Assembly (NCBI RefSeq): GCF_000186885.1
Contig: NC_014972.1
Span: 2,520,001 to 2,552,000 of the forward strand
Direction of reading: 5' to 3'
Source: Desulfobulbus propionicus DSM 2032
GTDB lineage: Bacteria > Desulfobacterota > Desulfobulbia > Desulfobulbales > Desulfobulbaceae
DNA length: 32,000 nucleotides
A program made the translations under genes and the position numbers. This document shows positions 27,142 through 32,000 of the stretch, one piece after another. Position 1 is the first letter of the stretch, and each line of letters starts with the position of its first letter. The notes under the pieces were generated by a model. The model was not told the DNA's origin and searched no databases. It was given only the letters and a program-made list of their open reading frames with translations.

Positions 27142-27878
27142 AAGGTTTTGCGTTCGTCTTTGCACTGGTCCTGCTGCTGGCGCCGACACTGGCCGCCGCC
27201 GTCAATCTGCCCACCCTGTCGTTGGGGATCAAGGAGGCCGCCACTCCGGCCGAGGTGTCGACCGCCCTGCAGGCGCTGCTCGTCCTCACCATTCTCACCG
27301 TGGCCCCGGCCATCCTCCTGATGACCACCGCCTTCACCCGCATCGTCATCGTGCTCAGTTTCGTCCGCCAGGCCATGGGCACCCAGAACACCCCGCCCAA
27401 TCAGGTCCTGCTGGGACTGGCCCTGTTCCTCACTTTTTTTGTCATGGCCCCATCCCTCAACGCCATCAACGACCAGGCGCTGCAACCGTACATCCAGGAA
27501 AAAATCACCCAGCAGCAGGCCCTGGAGCGATCGATGGAGGTGATGCGCGACTTCATGTTTTCCCAGGTCCAGGAGAGCGAACTCCAACTCTTCATCGACA
27601 TCACCAAGGAGGAACAGCCTGCCGATAAGAAGGCGGTGTCCTCCTCGATCCTTATTCCGGCCTTCATGCTGTCCGAGCTGAAACGCGCCTTTCAGATGGG
27701 GTTCATGATCTATGTGCCTTTCCTGGTGATCGACATGCTGGTCTCCTCGGTGCTGATGTCCATGGGCATGATGATGTTGCCGCCGATTGTCATCTCCCTC
27801 CCCTTCAAACTGCTGCTCTTTGTCCTGGTCGACGGCTGGCAACTGGTGGTCGGCTCGTTGATGAAGAGTTTCGGCTGA
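27138..27878 (+). CDS. fliP: Flagellar biosynthetic protein FliP
   Basis: 'LLVLTILTVAPAILLMTTAFTRIVIVLSFVRQAMGTQNTPPNQVLLGLALFLTFFVMAP' and C-terminal 'GMMMLPPIVISLPFKLLLFVLVDGWQLVVGSL'. Confidence 0.98.
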   Translation: MKGFAFVFALVLLLAPTLAAAVNLPTLSLGIKEAATPAEVSTALQALLVLTILTVAPAILLMTTAFTRIVIVLSFVRQAMGTQNTPPNQVLLGLALFLTFFVMAPSLNAINDQALQPYIQEKITQQQALERSMEVMRDFMFSQVQESELQLFIDITKEEQPADKKAVSSSILIPAFMLSELKRAFQMGFMIYVPFLVIDMLVSSVLMSMGMMMLPPIVISLPFKLLLFVLVDGWQLVVGSLMKSFG

Positions 27879-27913
27879 CCCCTCCTTCCCCCTTTGTTTC
27901 CCGGAGGCACCCC

Positions 27914-28183
27914 ATGAGTCCCGAGGCCGTCATCCACATCGGCAGAAAAGCGGTTGAAACCATTCTCCTCACCTCGGCGCCCATGCTGATCGCCGCCATG
28001 GTCATTGGTTTGATCATCAGCATCTTTCAAGCCGCCACCCAGATCAACGAGCAGACCATGACCTTCATCCCCAAAATCGTGGCCGTGTTCATTACCTTGC
28101 TGATCTTCGGCCCGTGGATCATGGAACTGCTGATCACCTTCACCACCGGCATCATCAACCAAATCGCCACGGTGGGGCGATAA
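27914..28183 (+). CDS. fliQ: Flagellar biosynthetic protein FliQ
   Basis: 89 aa; 'LTSAPMLIAAMVIGLIISIFQAATQINEQTMTFIPKIVAVF'. Confidence 0.97.
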   Translation: MSPEAVIHIGRKAVETILLTSAPMLIAAMVIGLIISIFQAATQINEQTMTFIPKIVAVFITLLIFGPWIMELLITFTTGIINQIATVGR

Positions 28184-28205
28184 GCGGCCAGCCCATTCGC
28201 CGGCG

Positions 28206-28985
28206 ATGGATCTACACCTCTTCCCGCTCCAGCAGTTCCAGGAATTTCTCCTCTGTCTGGCTCGGGTTCTCGCCTTGGTGGCCGCCATTCCCGCCTTCGC
28301 CGGCAGCGCCATCTCGGGGCGGATCAAAATCGGCTTGGCCGTGGCCACCAGCCTGCTGCTCTTTCCAGCCATGGCCCCCCACATCCCCAAGGTGGCCTTC
28401 ACACTGACCGAATTCGGCCTGCTGATCGTCAACGAGGTCCTCCTGGGCGTCATGATCGGCCTGGTCACCCAGATGGTCTTTGCCGCGGTCAGTTTTGGTG
28501 GCACGGTCATCGGCTATCAAATGGGGTTTGCCGCCGCCAACATCTTTGACCCGCAAACCACCCAGCAGCTCTCCTTGATGAGCCAGTTTGCCAACATCCT
28601 CGCCCTCCTCGTCTTCCTGGCCCTCGACATGCACCATTTCTTTTTTCGCGCCCTGGTCGAATCCTACCACCTGCTGCCGCCGGGGCCGCTTGACTTTTCC
28701 CATGGCGCGGTGGAGGAGCTGATGCGCCTGGCCAGCCGGATGTTTGTCCTCGGGGTCAAATTCAGCGCTCCGGTGCTGACCCTCCTTCTGCTCACCAACC
28801 TGGTGCTCGGCATCCTGGCCCGGGTTTTTCCCCAGCTGAACGTGTTCATGCTCTCCTTTCCGCTCAACATCGGCATCGCCTTCCTTGTCATCGGCCTGAC
28901 ACTGGGCGCCACGTTCTCGGTCCTGCGCCGTGAATTTGACACCATGGGCGAAAACATCCTCAATCTCCTGCAATTGCTCAACTAG
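28206..28985 (+). CDS. fliR: Flagellar biosynthetic protein FliR
   Basis: 259 aa polytopic; 'EVLLGVMIGLVTQMVFAAVSFGGTVIGYQMGFAAANIFDPQ', 'LNVFMLSFPLNIGIAFLVIGLTLG'. Confidence 0.96.
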   Translation: MDLHLFPLQQFQEFLLCLARVLALVAAIPAFAGSAISGRIKIGLAVATSLLLFPAMAPHIPKVAFTLTEFGLLIVNEVLLGVMIGLVTQMVFAAVSFGGTVIGYQMGFAAANIFDPQTTQQLSLMSQFANILALLVFLALDMHHFFFRALVESYHLLPPGPLDFSHGAVEELMRLASRMFVLGVKFSAPVLTLLLLTNLVLGILARVFPQLNVFMLSFPLNIGIAFLVIGLTLGATFSVLRREFDTMGENILNLLQLLN

Positions 28986-29033
28986 CGCCTCCCCAGCACC
29001 CTGGCTCCGTTGTCTGCAACCATTCGCTCTTGC

Positions 29034-29049
29034 TGGTGTGCAATTTGCT
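29034..29049 (+). promoter_or_regulatory. Candidate sigma-54 promoter in the fliR-flhB gap
   Basis: TGGTGT-GCAAT-TTGCT: exact GG-N10-GC, perfect TTGCW element, weaker -24 flank (8 of 11); in a 147-bp non-coding gap in an otherwise tight unit. Confidence 0.4.
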
Positions 29050-29132
29050 TGAGAGACGGCATATCCCCGGCTCCGCCAAGGATTTTCCCGGCTTCGCCAG
29101 ATCCCCGCCACCCCCGCATGGAGTAATGCCCC

Positions 29133-30200
29133 ATGGCCGAAGAACCCGCCTCCGGAGAACGCACCGAATCCCCATCGGCGAAACGCCGGGCCGATTTTCG
29201 TAAAAAGGGTCAAGTGGCCCAGAGCCGGGAGGTGCAGACCGCGGCCCTGTTCACCCTGCTGCTGTTGTTCTGGGTGTTCTTTGCCCCGATTTTCTGGGAC
29301 GGAACAAAGGAGATGGTCGCCGTTCTCTGGCGCAACAGCGGCGACTATGCCATCACCACCTCCTCGCTGATGCAGCTGGGGTATTTTCTTGGCGTCAGTC
29401 TCGCCATGATTCTGGCACCGTTGTTTTTGGTGGCGCTGCTGGTCGGCTTTCTCGCCACCTTTCTCCAGATCGGCTGGCTTTTCACCACCGAACCCCTGAT
29501 CCCGGATCTAACCAAGCTCGATCCCATCAAGGGCATGGGGCGGTTTTTCTCCAAACGCTCGCTGGTCGAGGTCATCAAATCCCTGCTCAAGGTGGGATTG
29601 ATCGGCTGGATCGCCTATAAAACAGTGGCGGGTGAGATGGATCAGGCCCTGCTGCTGACCGAGATGCCGCTTGACGACACCATCCTCTACCTGGCCAAGA
29701 CCTCGGCCCTGGTCATGGCCAAGGTGGCGGCGATCATGATCGTCCTGGCCATCCTTGACTACGCCTTTGTCCGCTGGGAAATGGAAGAAAAGATGAAGAT
29801 GACCAAGCAGGAACAGAAGGAGGAGATGAAGGAGACCGAGGGCGATCCGCACATCAAGTCAAAAATCCGTTCCATCCAGCAGCAGATGGCCCGGCGGCGG
29901 ATGATGGCCGCCGTGCCCACCGCCGACGTGGTCATCACCAACCCCACCCACATCGCCGTGGCCATCAAGTACGAGGCGGGCACGATGGATGCGCCGCTGG
30001 TCCTGGCCAAGGGGCAGGAACTGGTGGCGGAAAAGATCCGTGAAATAGCCAGGGAAAATGATATTCCCCTGGTGGAAAACCCTCCCGTGGCAAGATTATT
30101 GCATTCGAAAGTTGAGGTGGGCCAGGCCATTCCCGAGGAGCTGTTCAAGGCCGTGGCGGAAATTCTGGCCTATGTCTATTCACTGAAAGGCAGGAGATAA
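29133..30200 (+). CDS. flhB: Flagellar export apparatus protein FlhB (autocleaving)
   Basis: 'ERTESPSAKRRADFRKKGQVAQSREVQTA', four hydrophobic segments, 'ADVVITNPTHIAVAIKYEAGTMDAPLVLAKGQELVAEKIREIA' with the NPTH autocleavage motif. Confidence 0.98.
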   Translation: MAEEPASGERTESPSAKRRADFRKKGQVAQSREVQTAALFTLLLLFWVFFAPIFWDGTKEMVAVLWRNSGDYAITTSSLMQLGYFLGVSLAMILAPLFLVALLVGFLATFLQIGWLFTTEPLIPDLTKLDPIKGMGRFFSKRSLVEVIKSLLKVGLIGWIAYKTVAGEMDQALLLTEMPLDDTILYLAKTSALVMAKVAAIMIVLAILDYAFVRWEMEEKMKMTKQEQKEEMKETEGDPHIKSKIRSIQQQMARRRMMAAVPTADVVITNPTHIAVAIKYEAGTMDAPLVLAKGQELVAEKIREIARENDIPLVENPPVARLLHSKVEVGQAIPEELFKAVAEILAYVYSLKGRR

Positions 30201-32000
30201 TGGAAGCAACAGGGGCGCAAACACTGCTGAGCCGGGTTCGGATCAAGGAGCTGCTGCAGCGCAGCGACATCCTGGCCTCGCTGGGACTCTTCGGCATTCT
30301 CATGCTGATGATCATCCCCCTGCCGCCCATGCTGCTCGACCTCTGCCTGTCGCTCAACATCACCATCGCCATTCTCATCCTGATCATCAGCCTCTACACG
30401 GAAAAAGCGACCGAGTTCTCGATTTTTCCCTCGGTGCTCCTCATCACCACCCTGTTTCGCCTGTCGCTCAATGTCGCCTCCACCCGACTGATCCTCCTCC
30501 ATGGCAACGAGGGCATGGACGCGGCCGGATCGGTGATCGAGGCATTCGGCCAGTTCGTGGTCGGCGGCTCCTATGTGGTCGGCCTGGTCATTTTCGTTAT
30601 TCTGGTGATCATCAACTTCATCGTCATCACCAAGGGCGCGGGCCGGATCGCCGAGGTGGCCGCCCGTTTCACCCTGGATGCCATGCCCGGCAAGCAGATG
30701 GCCATCGACGCCGATCTCAACGCCGGTCTGATCGACGAAAACACGGCCCGCAAACGCCGCGAGGAGATCGCGAACGAAGCCAATTTCCACGGCGCCATGG
30801 ATGGTGCCTCCAAATTCGTCCGCGGCGACGCCATCGCCGGCATCATTATCACCCTGATCAATATCGGCGCTGGTTTTATCATCGGCGTACTGCAAAAAGG
30901 CATGCCGCTGGCCGAGGCCGCCAAAAACTACACCATCCTCACCGTTGGCGACGGCCTGGTCGGCCAGGTCCCGGCCCTGATCATTTCCACCGCCGCCGGC
31001 ATGCTGGTCTCTCGTACCGCCGGCCGCGAGGATTTCGGCACCGAACTGAAGACCCAATTCACCCGCTATGCCAAGGCACTCTGGGTGGTGGCGGCAATCC
31101 TCCTCATTTTTGCCCTCATTCCCGGCTTGCCCTTTATCCCTTTTCTCCTCATTGCCGCTGGCCTCGCCTATACCGCCTACCGGATCGATCAGGCGGAAAA
31201 GGCCAGGCAGCTCGAGGAGGCCGTGGCCGAACGGCCGCAACCGGTGGTCAAACCCGATCAGGATTACGAGAAGATGCTCAATGTCGACCTGATCGAACTT
31301 GAGGTCGGCTACGGCCTGATCCCCTTTGTCGATGCGGCCCAGGACGGAGAGCTGCTCTCGCGCATCCAGTCGATCCGCAAGCAGTTCGCCCTGACCACCG
31401 GTTTCATCGTACCGCCGGTGCACATCAAGGACAACCTGCAACTCAATCCCAACCAGTACACCCTCAACCTCAAGGGCGTCACCATCGCCACCGCTGAAAT
31501 GATGCCCGGCTACTTCATGGCCATGGATCCCGGTCTGGTGACCGAAACCATCAAGGGCCTGCCCACCACGGAGCCGGCCTTTGATCTGCCGGCCATCTGG
31601 ATCACCGAGGACAAGCGGGAACGCGCCCAGATCGCCGGGTACACCGTGGTCGACTGCGTCACGGTCATGGCCACGCACATCAGCGAGGTGATCAAGAAAC
31701 ACGCCCATGAATTGCTCGGTCGCCAGGAAACCCAGACCCTGATCGACAACCTGGCGAAAAGCTATCCCAAGCTGGTGGAGGAACTGGTGCCCCACGTGCT
31801 CAACCTGGGAATCATCATGCGGGTGCTGCAAAATCTGCTCCGCGAGGGCGTGTCCATCCGCGATCTGCGCTCCATCCTCGAAACCATGGCCGACTACGCG
31901 CCCATGACCCAGGATACCGACATCCTCACCGAATATGTCCGCCATGCCCTGTCGCGGTCCATCTCCATGGCCCATACCCAAAACGATGGCGTCATGCCGG
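30200..32000 (+). CDS. flhA: Flagellar export apparatus protein FlhA, truncated by the right window edge
   Basis: ATG at 30200 overlapping the flhB stop (ATAATG, RBS CAGGAG). 'LSLNITIAILILIISLYTEKATEFSIFPSVLLITTLFRLSLNVASTRLIL' and 'GRIAEVAARFTLDAMPGKQMAIDADLNAGLIDENTARKRREEIANEANFHGAMDGASKFVRGDAIAGIIIT' are diagnostic. Open to the window end and therefore absent from the track. Confidence 0.98.
   Translation, partial: MEATGAQTLLSRVRIKELLQRSDILASLGLFGILMLMIIPLPPMLLDLCLSLNITIAILILIISLYTEKATEFSIFPSVLLITTLFRLSLNVASTRLILLHGNEGMDAAGSVIEAFGQFVVGGSYVVGLVIFVILVIINFIVITKGAGRIAEVAARFTLDAMPGKQMAIDADLNAGLIDENTARKRREEIANEANFHGAMDGASKFVRGDAIAGIIITLINIGAGFIIGVLQKGMPLAEAAKNYTILTVGDGLVGQVPALIISTAAGMLVSRTAGREDFGTELKTQFTRYAKALWVVAAILLIFALIPGLPFIPFLLIAAGLAYTAYRIDQAEKARQLEEAVAERPQPVVKPDQDYEKMLNVDLIELEVGYGLIPFVDAAQDGELLSRIQSIRKQFALTTGFIVPPVHIKDNLQLNPNQYTLNLKGVTIATAEMMPGYFMAMDPGLVTETIKGLPTTEPAFDLPAIWITEDKRERAQIAGYTVVDCVTVMATHISEVIKKHAHELLGRQETQTLIDNLAKSYPKLVEELVPHVLNLGIIMRVLQNLLREGVSIRDLRSILETMADYAPMTQDTDILTEYVRHALSRSISMAHTQNDGVMP

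Noticed and set aside
30176-31981. 601-aa open frame antisense to flhA
   Set aside because: Fully antisense to an unmistakable flhA; composition (His/Asp/Gln-rich, no recognisable domains) is the usual mirror image of a high-GC3 gene.
1-32000. CRISPR array, transposon ends, phage genes, retron or toxin-antitoxin modules
   Set aside because: I looked for regularly spaced repeats, terminal inverted repeats with transposase motifs and defence-type domains and found none; the window is regulatory, chemotaxis-like and flagellar content.

Overview
The window is dominated by a co-directional flagellar biosynthesis/motor cluster on the + strand, from about 9.4 kb to the right edge. Its order is an 809-aa signal-peptide/TPR-like protein, flgB, flgC, fliE, fliF, fliG, fliH, fliI, fliJ, a MotE-like protein, fliK, flgD, flgE, motA, motB, fliL, fliM, fliN, fliO, fliP, fliQ, fliR, flhB and flhA (truncated). 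The gene order and high GC suggest a Desulfobulbaceae-like delta-proteobacterium (Desulfobacterota); this is inference. Left of the cluster are a truncated NrfD-type membrane subunit (minus), ftsH (plus), a thermonuclease-like protein (minus), a cyclic-nucleotide-binding-domain protein overlapping a minimal sigma-54 activator (plus), and a minus-strand cluster of four genes: cheY, cheX-like, cheX-like, and a 617-aa protein with two CheC/CheX-like domains plus a degenerate receiver. The observations I would follow up first are: (1) the CheY plus four CheC/CheX-like domain array with no other chemotaxis genes in view; (2) the coupled cNMP-binding protein/sigma-54 activator pair that lacks a fused regulatory domain; (3) an in-frame amber codon splitting what looks like the authentic N-terminus of FliH; (4) sigma-54-type (-24/-12) promoter candidates at flagellar transcription-unit boundaries, including a divergent pair in the cheY/TPR intergenic region; (5) an in-frame duplication within fliK. 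I saw no CRISPR array, transposon, tRNA or rRNA. All homology calls come from reading motifs and gene context; no database search was run.
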